A stretch of 64,000 nucleotides of DNA from a bacterium (GCA_030674455.1 JAUSGQ010000006.1:15654-79653); one strand, 5' to 3'; positions 38,309 through 46,703 are shown, numbered from the stretch's first letter. Translations and numbers: made by a program. Notes: generated by a model not told the origin, from the sequence alone.

Positions 38309-38917
38309 ATGGGTGAATTTATCGTAGGAATAGACGAGGTGGGAAGAGGTCCGCTCGCGGGACCGGTTTTTGTCGGCGCAGTGGCAGTTACGCGCGATTT
38401 TGACTGGCAGTCTATTAAAGGGGTGCGGGATTCCAAGAAGCTATCACCGCAGCAAAGAAAAGATTGGTACTTGAAGATTGATTCCTTGCGCAACTCGGGA
38501 GAGCTCAATTTCGTCGTTCGGTCATCTCCCTCGGAAATGATAGATGCGCACGGCATTGTCTATTCCATTCAATCGGCATTAGACGCCTGCCTTCTGGGTC
38601 TTGGAGCTGAACCCGGAACATGCGAGATTCGCTTGGACGGCACCTTGCACGCGCCGGAGCATTTTCCGTTTCAACAGACTATTATTCATGGCGATGATAT
38701 AGAACCGATAATTTCAATGGCATCTATCGTTGCGAAAGTGGAGCGTGATTTTTTGATGGGCGAGTTTGCCATCAAATATCCGAAGTACGGATTTGAATCA
38801 CACAAGGGATATGGCACGCCAGCGCACTGCGCGCTCATCAAAAAGCACGGTCTCTGTGTATTGCATAGGAAGTCGTTTTGCACCCGCCTTGAAATAAAAG
38901 TATCAAGTTTCAAGTAA
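38309..38917 (+). CDS. rnhB: ribonuclease HII
   Basis: GIDEVGRGPLAGPVFVGAV N-terminal catalytic motif. Length 202 aa. Confidence 0.9.
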   Translation: MGEFIVGIDEVGRGPLAGPVFVGAVAVTRDFDWQSIKGVRDSKKLSPQQRKDWYLKIDSLRNSGELNFVVRSSPSEMIDAHGIVYSIQSALDACLLGLGAEPGTCEIRLDGTLHAPEHFPFQQTIIHGDDIEPIISMASIVAKVERDFLMGEFAIKYPKYGFESHKGYGTPAHCALIKKHGLCVLHRKSFCTRLEIKVSSFK

Positions 38918-39003
38918 CAAGTATCAAGTGTTTAAGTAGCAAAAAGCATTTACTTGATACCTGATACTTGCTACCTGATACTTCCGCCAGTATACTGGCG
39001 GTT

Positions 39004-39273
39004 ATGGTTGTACGAATGCGGGCAAACCGCTCAAAGACAGGAATGCGCCGCAGCCATGCCGCAATTTCCGGTACGCGCCTTTCGAGATGCGAGTGCGGGG
39101 CAAACAGGATTCCTCATCGCGCCTGCGCCGCTTGCGGAAAATACAACGGCAACGTGATTATTGATATTGTCGCCAGAACCGAGCGCGAACAGCGCCGGAC
39201 CAAGCGACACGAAAAAGAATTAAAAGAATCCGGAAAGGATGTTAAAGAAAAAGAAACGTCCGAAAAAACTTAG
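39004..39273 (+). CDS. rpmF: 50S ribosomal protein L32 (bL32) with Lys/Glu-rich C-terminal extension
   Basis: MVVRMRANRSKTGMRRSHAAIS...CECG...CAACG, an L32 zinc-ribbon pattern. Start taken at the internal ATG; the track ORF begins at 38968. Confidence 0.7.
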   Translation: MVVRMRANRSKTGMRRSHAAISGTRLSRCECGANRIPHRACAACGKYNGNVIIDIVARTEREQRRTKRHEKELKESGKDVKEKETSEKT

Positions 39274-39420
39274 AGTAACGTAGGTTTTTCTGCTCTTTCA
39301 TGAAAATAATGAGCGCCAGCAAATATATTTTCTTGACCCAGCACCTTTGTTCAAAGGTGCTGGGTGTAAGAAATTCTAACCTCATGCTCACTACATTCGC
39401 ATTGGGTAACAATTTCTAAC

Positions 39421-40338
39421 ATGGCTAACAGACATCTCGCCCGTTCGGTAGTTCTGCAAGTTCTCTTCGAGAGGGATTCTTCCGGCGGAAAAATGACTCA
39501 GCAGGATGGAATGGATCGGCTGGCCAACTACGCAAAAGAATTTGGCGCGCGAGAATCGGATATGCCGTTCATGACCGACCTTCTAAAGACCGCCATTTCA
39601 AAACAAAAAGAAATCGACGAGGTAATACGGGGCGCTGCCCCGGAATGGCCGATAGAAAAAATCGCAGCCGTAGACCGCAACATCCTGCGACTCGGACTTA
39701 CGGAATTGCTGTATGCGGATAAGGCGCAGGTACCTGAAAAAGTCGCGATTAACGAGGCGATAGAATTGGCGAAGACATTCGGAGGCGCCTCCTCAAGCCG
39801 TTTCGTGAACGGCGTCTTGGGCGCCGTATATGTGGAACTCGGGGAACCCGGGAAATCGGAAGGTAACGCCAGAAAAAAAGACGGGACGCGTTCCGGCGGA
39901 ATGTCGGTGGAAGAATTAATAGGCGCAGTCGTGTATGCGCGCGATGGCGGCGAGGTATACCTCGCGCTCGTTCACGATATTTTCGGACATTGGACTCTTT
40001 CGAAGGGCAAGTTACTGCCGGAGGAGACGCACGAGGCGGGCGTTAAGAGAAAGGTCAAAGACGAAGTCGGGCTTGACGTCGATGTGGAAGACCAGCTCGG
40101 AGAAAATGAATACATCGCGAACGATTCCACAGGCGGCGGAAAAGGGAAGAAGCGCCGTCACGCGACGTATTTTCTTGCGAGAGGAAAATTCCAAGATTTG
40201 CAAACAAGAAAAGAGGGAGGACTTGACGATGCACAATGGTTCCCGCTCGCTTCGGTGGGAGACCTCAACTTCTACGACGACATTCTTCCAGTAGTCACGC
40301 GCGCAATTAATTTGCTCGCGCAGAAAGACAGGAAATAG
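39421..40338 (+). CDS. nusB: NusB antitermination factor fused to a C-terminal NUDIX hydrolase domain
   Basis: Residues 1-140 match NusB (DRNILRLGLTELLY, VAINEAIELAKTFGG, FVNGVLG). Residues about 165-300 carry the Nudix box G-x5-E-x7-RKVxDEVGL. Confidence 0.7.
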   Translation: MANRHLARSVVLQVLFERDSSGGKMTQQDGMDRLANYAKEFGARESDMPFMTDLLKTAISKQKEIDEVIRGAAPEWPIEKIAAVDRNILRLGLTELLYADKAQVPEKVAINEAIELAKTFGGASSSRFVNGVLGAVYVELGEPGKSEGNARKKDGTRSGGMSVEELIGAVVYARDGGEVYLALVHDIFGHWTLSKGKLLPEETHEAGVKRKVKDEVGLDVDVEDQLGENEYIANDSTGGGKGKKRRHATYFLARGKFQDLQTRKEGGLDDAQWFPLASVGDLNFYDDILPVVTRAINLLAQKDRK

Positions 40339-40416
40339 GTTTTAGGTTGCAGGTCACAGGTTCTAGGAATACTCTACACAGACCTGAAACCTATAACCTG
40401 ATACCTTTATAAAAAT

Positions 40417-41103
40417 ATGAACTTTAGCGAATTTGAAGATAAAATCGGATATCATTTTGAAAACCAGAGCTTGCTCCAGCAGGCGTTCACGCACCGTTCG
40501 TATTTGAATGAGAATCGGGCATCCGGCCGTCAACATAATGAACGGCTAGAATTTCTGGGCGATGCGGTACTTGAACTTGTCGTGACCGAATTTCTTTATG
40601 CAAAATATCCCGATAAGGCAGAGGGAGATCTGACCTCGTATCGCGCTGCGCTCGTGAACACCGTGAGTATTTCTGATGCGGCCACGAAGCTTGGAATGAA
40701 TGAATTTTTATTGCTATCACGCGGGGAAGCAAAAGATACCGGCCGCGCGCGCGCGATAATACTTGCCAACGCGTTTGAGGCGTTGATAGGCGCAATATAC
40801 CTCGACCAAGGGTATGAGCCGGCGAAGAAATTTATTTCAGAACAGCTTTTTTATAAAACGGATGAGGTGGTGTCCAAAGGATTATGGCAGGATGCGAAAA
40901 GCCGATTCCAGGAAATTGCGCAAGATAAGGAGACGGTGACCCCTTCTTACGATGTCTTGAGCCAGACAGGTCCGGACCATGACAAGAATTTCGTCGTCGG
41001 CGTGTACTTAGGAGAAAAGCGCATTGCTACAGGAGAAGGAAGGTCAAAACAAGAAGCGGAACAAGACGCCGCCCGCAAAGCTCTCGTAGCCAAGGGTTGG
41101 TAA
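40417..41103 (+). CDS. rnc: ribonuclease III
   Basis: ERLEFLGDAVLELVVTEFLY signature plus C-terminal dsRBD. Confidence 0.95.
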   Translation: MNFSEFEDKIGYHFENQSLLQQAFTHRSYLNENRASGRQHNERLEFLGDAVLELVVTEFLYAKYPDKAEGDLTSYRAALVNTVSISDAATKLGMNEFLLLSRGEAKDTGRARAIILANAFEALIGAIYLDQGYEPAKKFISEQLFYKTDEVVSKGLWQDAKSRFQEIAQDKETVTPSYDVLSQTGPDHDKNFVVGVYLGEKRIATGEGRSKQEAEQDAARKALVAKGW

Positions 41104-41147
41104 GAGTTCGCGATAAAAAACATGAAAAAAACGAGTCCGAATCATAT

Positions 41148-41185
41148 ACCATAGTTGTACATATGTGCAACTATGGTATATGGAA
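41148..41185. promoter_or_regulatory. palindrome ATACCATAGTTGTACATATGTGCAACTATGGTAT just downstream of the regulator gene
   Basis: Related to the palindrome at 41755-41790; shared core ACCATAnTTGTACA. Confidence 0.45.
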
Positions 41186-41186
41186 A

Positions 41187-41747
41187 TCAGAGGATTTTAA
41201 ACTTACGTTTGAGGGCGATTGCTCCGCCAATACTTGTTGCAGTGACAAAAGAAATGTATGGGGTAATGCCATAGAAATTTGTTATTTCGCGAACCGCGGC
41301 TTCTACTGGATGAGGATATATCCACACCGATCGCTGATAAAAAACGAGCCCCAAACCTTGGAGATGCCTTATGAATGGGATCCGAAAACGCGACTTCTCA
41401 GCCGGTATATCAAATATGACAAGATGCCACGCTCTAGCCCACCGCCTTGGCGTCGGTATTTTCAAATCCCACAAATCTTCTTCTTCCAAGATGCTTCTTC
41501 CATTATCGGTCACAAGATATCTATCGCCGCTTTCAGTGATATAACCGCGATACTTTAAATCAAGAATCTTGCGTCTCACTCGTTTACGATCTTCAGGCGT
41601 ATCTTTCGAGACAAGTTCGCGGATAATTCGCGGAATCGCCCATGGCGGTGGAACGGCACCGATTCCAACAAGTAAAACACCCAAAGCGACCATCTTCAAA
41701 ATTCGAACAGTTTGCTCTCGACGGCGTTTACCATGTGGAGCCAACAT
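41187..41747 (-). CDS. membrane-anchored winged-helix protein with a C-terminal Cas2-like/PaaX_C-like beta-alpha-beta segment (identity uncertain)
   Basis: TM helix. wHTH-like LDLKYRGYITESGDRYLVTDNGRSIL. C-terminal WHLVIFDIPAEKSRFRIPFIRHLQGLGLVFYQRSVWIY resembles the Cas2 fold pattern. Start moved to the internal Met because the first 16 track codons are encoded by the palindrome. Confidence 0.35.
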   Translation of the reverse strand: MLAPHGKRRREQTVRILKMVALGVLLVGIGAVPPPWAIPRIIRELVSKDTPEDRKRVRRKILDLKYRGYITESGDRYLVTDNGRSILEEEDLWDLKIPTPRRWARAWHLVIFDIPAEKSRFRIPFIRHLQGLGLVFYQRSVWIYPHPVEAAVREITNFYGITPYISFVTATSIGGAIALKRKFKIL

Positions 41748-41754
41748 TACTTCT

Positions 41755-41790
41755 AATATACCATACTTGTACATTTGTACAAGTATGGTA
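41755..41790. promoter_or_regulatory. palindrome ATACCATACTTGTACATTTGTACAAGTATGGTAT at the 5' end of the regulator gene
   Basis: Perfect 16-bp arms. Confidence 0.45.
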
Positions 41791-41855
41791 TACACGATAA
41801 ATCATTAAATCATTCCTGCTTGCGATATATATTTGGTACAATGAGATTCAATGTA

Positions 41856-42082
41856 TCCCGTTAGAAGTTACGGAAGGTCTGATAAGCAAATATCCGCGGA
41901 ATGTTTTGCATTGGTCGATTATTTACCAGGAACGAACAACGAGACGGAAGCGCAAGCTTCCTACCTGCCCGCCAAAGCCAGAGCGGGGCAAATGGCATGA
42001 AGACAAACGCAAAGTATTTATTAGTTAATCAAGTTCGCCACGACCGTCGCTTCAGGCGATGGCAGGCGGGCTTCTAACGGGA
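41856..42082 (+). mobile_element. 227-bp non-coding TIR element (MITE-like) inserted in the SMC-like gene start codon; TIR TCCCGTTAGAAG, TSD TGTA
   Basis: Left end TCCCGTTAGAAG (41856-41867). Right end CTTCTAACGGGA (42071-42082). TGTA occurs at 41852-41855 and 42083-42086. The final A of the element plus the TSD TG rebuilds ATG at 42082. Confidence 0.7.
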
Positions 42083-44358
42083 TGTACCTAAAGTCCATTG
42101 AGCTTACGGGGTTCAAATCGTTCGGCAAAAAGACCGACATAGTTTTTGCTTCCCGCATTTCTTCTATCGTGGGTCCGAATGGTTCCGGAAAATCAAATGT
42201 CGCGGAAGCATTCAGATTCGTGCTCGGAGAACAATCAATGAAATCACTGCGCTCCAAGCGCGGGGAGGATTTGATATGGGGAGGGTCGCCGACACTGCCG
42301 AGGAGCAATAGAGCCGGCGTGAAAGTCGTTTTTGATAATTCCCTGCCTGCCGCGCAGGGCACGGCGCAGGCAGGCACGCGGCTTTTGGATTTGGATTTTA
42401 ACGAGGTCGCCGTTGAACGAATCGTGTATCGCGACGGCGAGAACGAGTATCTATTGAATGGAACCAAGGTGCGCCTCAAGGACGTCATCCGTTTGCTCGC
42501 GGGCGCCAACATCGGCGGCTCCGGATACCAGATAATTTCACAGGGAGAAGCCGACAGGATCCTGAATGCGAGTCCTCGCGAGCGCAGAGAGATGGTGGAA
42601 GATGCTCTCGGTCTCAAGCTCTACCAGCACAAAAAAGCCGAGAGCGAGCGAAAGCTCGAGGAGACGGCATCAAATATTGATAAAACAAAATCGCTCCGGC
42701 GCGAGATAACCCCGCATCTGAATTTCTTGCGCTCTCAAGTCCAGAAAATCGAGAAAGCGCGGGAGATGAAGGAGATGCTCGCGGCAAAACTTTCCGAATA
42801 TCTTGCGCGTGAACACGCGTGGATAACTTCGGAAGACAAGCGGCTTAGTGCGGAAGAGCGTTCGCAGGAAACAGAATTAAAGACTCTTGGAAATCGAGCC
42901 AATGAGGCGCGGGGAAAGCGCCCGAGCCAAAGCGCCGGCGTTCTGCAGGAACTGAAGGGAAAGATAATTGAGCGCGAGCAAAAACTTAGTGAGGCCCGGC
43001 GCGAGAGCGAGAAACTCACACGCGAACTCGGGCGGGCCGAAGGCGTTGCAGAAGCCAATACGGTGATGGTGGAGCAAATCGTCGCCGTGCCGCATGTGAG
43101 GCAGTTTGCCCGCGAGGTTAGCGAGGCGATTTCGGAAGCTTTGCGCAACGACGACATGCCTTCCGTGCGCGTGCTTCTTTTGCACATTAAGGACCGCATT
43201 CAATCATTCGTCGACGGTCTTTCCGGTTCGGCGCCGGATACGAAAGAAGAATCGCAGCAACAGGTGAAAGCAATCGCGAATTCTTTGGAGCGCGTCCAAA
43301 AAGAGGAAACGGCGCTCGCGCAGGAGCTGGAGGCATTGCGAGCGCAAATTACACAGGTGCGCGATGCCGGTTTTGCGGCGGAGCGCGATTTAATCGAACT
43401 TGAATCTGCTGTGCGCGAAGCGCAGGGAAAGCTCGGTTCTGTGCAAAACGCGCGCATGACCATAGCGACTTTGCGCCAGGCATTTGAGGACGAAGTGCGC
43501 GAAGGCATCGCTCTCGTCGGTGCCGCTATCCATGATTGGGAAAAGCCCCTCCGCCAGCCGGCGGATGGCGGAGCGGGGGATGAGGTGCTTACTGGCGACG
43601 ACCGCCCCGCGCAGGAAAAAAGGCGGCGGGAGATCGAGCGGTTGAAAATAAAGATAGAGGAATCTGGAATTGGAAACGGCGATGCGGTCGTGCGCGAGTT
43701 CAATCAGACCAGAGAACGCGACGAATTTCTCGGACGCGAGCTTGTAGACCTTGAGCGCTCCGCGGCGTCGCTCAAAGATATTATTGTGGAACTGGAGAAG
43801 ACTATTGATGCCAAATTTACGGAAGGCCTCAAATTGATAAACGCCACGCTCGGCGATTTCTTTATGAAATTGTTCGGCGGAGGCGCAGCCAAGCTGGAAG
43901 TGGAGGAACCCCGCCTTCGCCGAGGCTCCGGCGGGCAAAGCCCGAAAAGCGATGAGGACTTAATGGATGAGGAGGAAGAAATGACCGAGGAAGAGGAATT
44001 GTACGCGGGACTTTCTATCTCGGTCCATCTTCCGCGCAAAAAAGTTCACGGGCTTGAAGTACTTTCCGGAGGCGAGCGCGCGCTCACTTCTATCGCGCTT
44101 ATATTCTCGATGTCGCAGGTTAATCCTCCGCCGTTCTTGGTTTTGGACGAAACAGATGCCGCTCTTGATGAGGCCAACAGCAAGCGATACGCAGATATGA
44201 TTCGCGAGCTTGGCTCCAAAAGCCAGCTTATCGTTATCACGCACAACCGCTCGACAATGGCCGCGGCAGGAGAACTTTATGGAGTTACGATGGGGAACGA
44301 CGGGGTCTCGAAAATGTTGTCCGTTAAATTGGAAGAGGCCGAAAAGGTTGCAAAATAA
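42082..44358 (+). CDS. SMC-family chromosome-segregation ATPase (short, 758 aa; hinge not recognised)
   Basis: N-terminal Walker A GPNGSGKSN, long coiled-coil, C-terminal LSGGERALTSIALIF and Walker B LVLDETDAALDEAN. Confidence 0.75.
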   Translation: MYLKSIELTGFKSFGKKTDIVFASRISSIVGPNGSGKSNVAEAFRFVLGEQSMKSLRSKRGEDLIWGGSPTLPRSNRAGVKVVFDNSLPAAQGTAQAGTRLLDLDFNEVAVERIVYRDGENEYLLNGTKVRLKDVIRLLAGANIGGSGYQIISQGEADRILNASPRERREMVEDALGLKLYQHKKAESERKLEETASNIDKTKSLRREITPHLNFLRSQVQKIEKAREMKEMLAAKLSEYLAREHAWITSEDKRLSAEERSQETELKTLGNRANEARGKRPSQSAGVLQELKGKIIEREQKLSEARRESEKLTRELGRAEGVAEANTVMVEQIVAVPHVRQFAREVSEAISEALRNDDMPSVRVLLLHIKDRIQSFVDGLSGSAPDTKEESQQQVKAIANSLERVQKEETALAQELEALRAQITQVRDAGFAAERDLIELESAVREAQGKLGSVQNARMTIATLRQAFEDEVREGIALVGAAIHDWEKPLRQPADGGAGDEVLTGDDRPAQEKRRREIERLKIKIEESGIGNGDAVVREFNQTRERDEFLGRELVDLERSAASLKDIIVELEKTIDAKFTEGLKLINATLGDFFMKLFGGGAAKLEVEEPRLRRGSGGQSPKSDEDLMDEEEEMTEEEELYAGLSISVHLPRKKVHGLEVLSGGERALTSIALIFSMSQVNPPPFLVLDETDAALDEANSKRYADMIRELGSKSQLIVITHNRSTMAAAGELYGVTMGNDGVSKMLSVKLEEAEKVAK

Positions 44359-44485
44359 TTTTCAATTTCCAATTTTGCAATTTCCAATCAATTCACAATA
44401 TCTAATGTTTTGATTTTGGAAATTAAGGTTTGAAAATTCATTGAAAAGTGAGAATTGCAAATTGGAAATTCGGGGTCAAAAAATG

Positions 44486-44514
44486 TTGACCCGAAGCTTG
44501 ATACCTGTTAGAGT
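44486..44514 (+). promoter_or_regulatory. sigma70-type promoter TTGACC-N17-TAGAGT upstream of rpsP, followed by a ~100-nt structured leader
   Basis: The leader contains the inverted pair ACCCCATTAGAAAT (44521) and ATTTCTAACGGGG (44611), related to the TIR of the 227-bp elements. Confidence 0.45.
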
Positions 44515-44621
44515 GTCGCGACCCCATTAGAAATGTTCATTTTATGGGGTGTCCAAGTACACAGATTCATTCTGCCATTCAATAATTTAGCCAGAGCAAT
44601 TTTTAATTTCTAACGGGGTAT

Positions 44622-45080
44622 ATGTTAATGATACGAATGCAGAGAATAGGCCGCAAAAACATGCCGGCTTTTCGTATTATTGTCGCCGAACACACCCGTG
44701 GCCCGAAGACCGGCAACATCGTTGAAAAGGTGGGCACCTACAATCCGAAGACGAAAGAGAAGCAGTTCAACGCGGACAGGATTAAATACTGGCTTTCTGT
44801 CGGAGCAAAGGCCAGTGCCACAGTTCACAACATGCTCGTTTCCGAGAAAATCATCACTGGAGCAAAAATTGCAAAACACCAAGAGAAACCGGCAGAACCG
44901 GTGGCGGCTAAAACCGCCGACCTGCCCGCCGAAGCCTCGGCGCAGGCGGGAGGCGGTTCGCCCGACTCTTCGCAAAGCGAAGAGGTTAGGGAAGTAAAGG
45001 CCGAGGCAAAGGCACCAGAGGCAGAAACCGCTCCAGCAGCTGAAGAAAAAGTTGAGGCAAAAGAAGAAAAGGTTGCCTAA
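44622..45080 (+). CDS. rpsP: 30S ribosomal protein S16 with Ala/Glu/Lys-rich C-terminal extension
   Basis: MIRMQRIGRKNMPAFRIIVAEHTRGPKTGNIVEKVGTYNP is bS16. The tail carries an in-frame Element A copy (LPAEASAQAGG, 44922-44950). Confidence 0.85.
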   Translation: MLMIRMQRIGRKNMPAFRIIVAEHTRGPKTGNIVEKVGTYNPKTKEKQFNADRIKYWLSVGAKASATVHNMLVSEKIITGAKIAKHQEKPAEPVAAKTADLPAEASAQAGGGSPDSSQSEEVREVKAEAKAPEAETAPAAEEKVEAKEEKVA

Positions 45081-45110
45081 ATGCCAAGGGCGCCCCTTGG
45101 CATTGGCATT
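45081..45110 (+). terminator. rho-independent terminator after rpsP
   Basis: ATGCCAAGGG-CGC-CCCTTGGCAT followed by a T-rich run. Confidence 0.6.
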
Positions 45111-45317
45111 TTCCTTGACACATTGGTGAATCCCTGCTACACTTCAACTATCAACTCTTCTCGTTGGTTTTTGTCTTGGGAGATACCAAGGCCATCCCAC
45201 ACAGTCGGGGTGAAACTCTCCTGAGACGCGTTGTAGCAAAGATGCGGGATTACCCTATCTTTCCGGCGTTCATATTTGCTAGAACCTAAAACCTAGTCCC
45301 TATAACCTAATTAATAC

Positions 45318-46703
45318 ATGTTTAGTCATAGCCCAAGCGGCAAATCTGGAGTTCATCATGGCAGACCGTCTACAGGTGCCGGCGCCCGCCATGCCGGCCC
45401 CTCATCGAGAGGGGCTTATTCCCCGCGCCGTTCGTTTGGGCATTCCTCGCATCGCGCTCCGGCGAGCCGTCGACAGGTCTCGCCATACCCGGCGAGCAGA
45501 GGTTTTCACAAAAGTTACGCACCGACCCGCCTTCGCCGAGGCTTCGGCGGGCAAGGGCGGGGGTTCGGTAGTCGCGGAGGTGCCCGTGGAGGTGAACGCA
45601 TCGACATCTCGCGATTCATCAACAAGGCCGTCATCACGGAAACTACCGAGCATTTCAAGCCCGAGCATCATTTCATGGATTTTGCCATCGACGAGCATTT
45701 GAAGAAAAATATTTTGGCAAAGGGGTATTTCGAGCCGACGCCAATCCAAGACAGAGCCATCCCGCATGTGCTAAACGGCGAAGATGTTTTCGGAGTCGCC
45801 AACACGGGGACAGGAAAAACGGGCGCATTTCTCATTCCGCTTATTGATAAAGTAATTCGAGACAGAAAGAATCGCGTACTCATAATGGTGCCGACGCGCG
45901 AACTTGCACGGCAGATAGAGGACGAGTTCTGGAGCTTTGCGAATCATATGCGAATCGGCGCCGTCTCATGCGTCGGAGGAGCAAATATCGGTCCGCAAAT
46001 CGCGACTCTGCGCAGACACCCGAACTTCGTTATCGGAACTCCCGGCCGCTTGAAAGACATAATGGAGCGCCGCGCGATTAATCTTTCCGAGTTCAGCACG
46101 GTTGTTTTGGACGAAGCCGACAGAATGTTGGACATGGGCTTCATCGCCGACATGCGGTTCATTCTTTCTCTGGTTCCGAAAGAGCGGCACACTCTTTTCT
46201 TCTCGGCGACTCTTTCGCGCGACATAGAAAAACTCATCGGAGAATTCTTGAAAGACCCCGTGCGCATTTCGGTCAAAACGCGCGACACCGCTTCAAGCGT
46301 TGACCAGGATATTGTGCGCGTACCGGTGGGTAAGACAAAAATTGAAGTATTGCGGGACATGTTGATAAAGCCTGATTTCGGCAAAGTGCTTATTTTCGGA
46401 CGCACGAAGCACGGAGTGGAGAAACTCGCGAAAGAATTGGTGCATCTTGGATTCAAGGCGGCATCTATTCACGGCAACAAAACGCAAAGCAATCGCCAGA
46501 GAGCATTGGACGCATTCAAGCACGACAGGACGCAAATTCTTGTGGCGACAGACGTTGCGGCGCGCGGATTGGACATTCCAAAAGTCTCTCACGTCATCAA
46601 CTTTGACGTCCCCAATACATACGACGACTACGTGCACCGCATCGGCCGTACCGGCCGCGCTGGGGAAAAAGGCCAGGCGCTTACGTTTGTGGAGGGGAGA
46701 TAG
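45318..46703 (+). CDS. DEAD-box ATP-dependent RNA helicase (N-terminal Arg/Gly/Ser-rich extension; alternative start at 45675)
   Basis: Q motif, Walker A ANTGTGKTGAF, DEAD box, SAT, HRIGRTGRAG. The first ~119 codons are low-complexity and include Element C (45366-45382) and Element A (45526-45555) copies. Confidence 0.9.
   Translation: MFSHSPSGKSGVHHGRPSTGAGARHAGPSSRGAYSPRRSFGHSSHRAPASRRQVSPYPASRGFHKSYAPTRLRRGFGGQGRGFGSRGGARGGERIDISRFINKAVITETTEHFKPEHHFMDFAIDEHLKKNILAKGYFEPTPIQDRAIPHVLNGEDVFGVANTGTGKTGAFLIPLIDKVIRDRKNRVLIMVPTRELARQIEDEFWSFANHMRIGAVSCVGGANIGPQIATLRRHPNFVIGTPGRLKDIMERRAINLSEFSTVVLDEADRMLDMGFIADMRFILSLVPKERHTLFFSATLSRDIEKLIGEFLKDPVRISVKTRDTASSVDQDIVRVPVGKTKIEVLRDMLIKPDFGKVLIFGRTKHGVEKLAKELVHLGFKAASIHGNKTQSNRQRALDAFKHDRTQILVATDVAARGLDIPKVSHVINFDVPNTYDDYVHRIGRTGRAGEKGQALTFVEGR

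Noticed and set aside
41097-41558. 153-aa plus-strand ORF overlapping the wHTH gene
   Set aside because: Overlaps almost entirely with the minus-strand gene, which has TM/wHTH features and flanking palindromes. No domain signal of its own.
41856-42082. The 227-bp elements as known structured RNAs (RNase P RNA, tmRNA, SRP RNA, riboswitch)
   Set aside because: None of the conserved RNase P (GGAAAGTCCGG / ACAGAAACCCGGCTTA), tmRNA or SRP motifs is present. The perfect TIRs with differing 4-bp TSDs argue for transposition. A structured-RNA role is not excluded.
42082-44358. Calling the 758-aa ATPase a canonical full-length SMC
   Set aside because: It is about 400 aa shorter than typical SMC and the hinge was not recognised. 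Kept as SMC-family (a RecN/SbcC-like alternative is possible).
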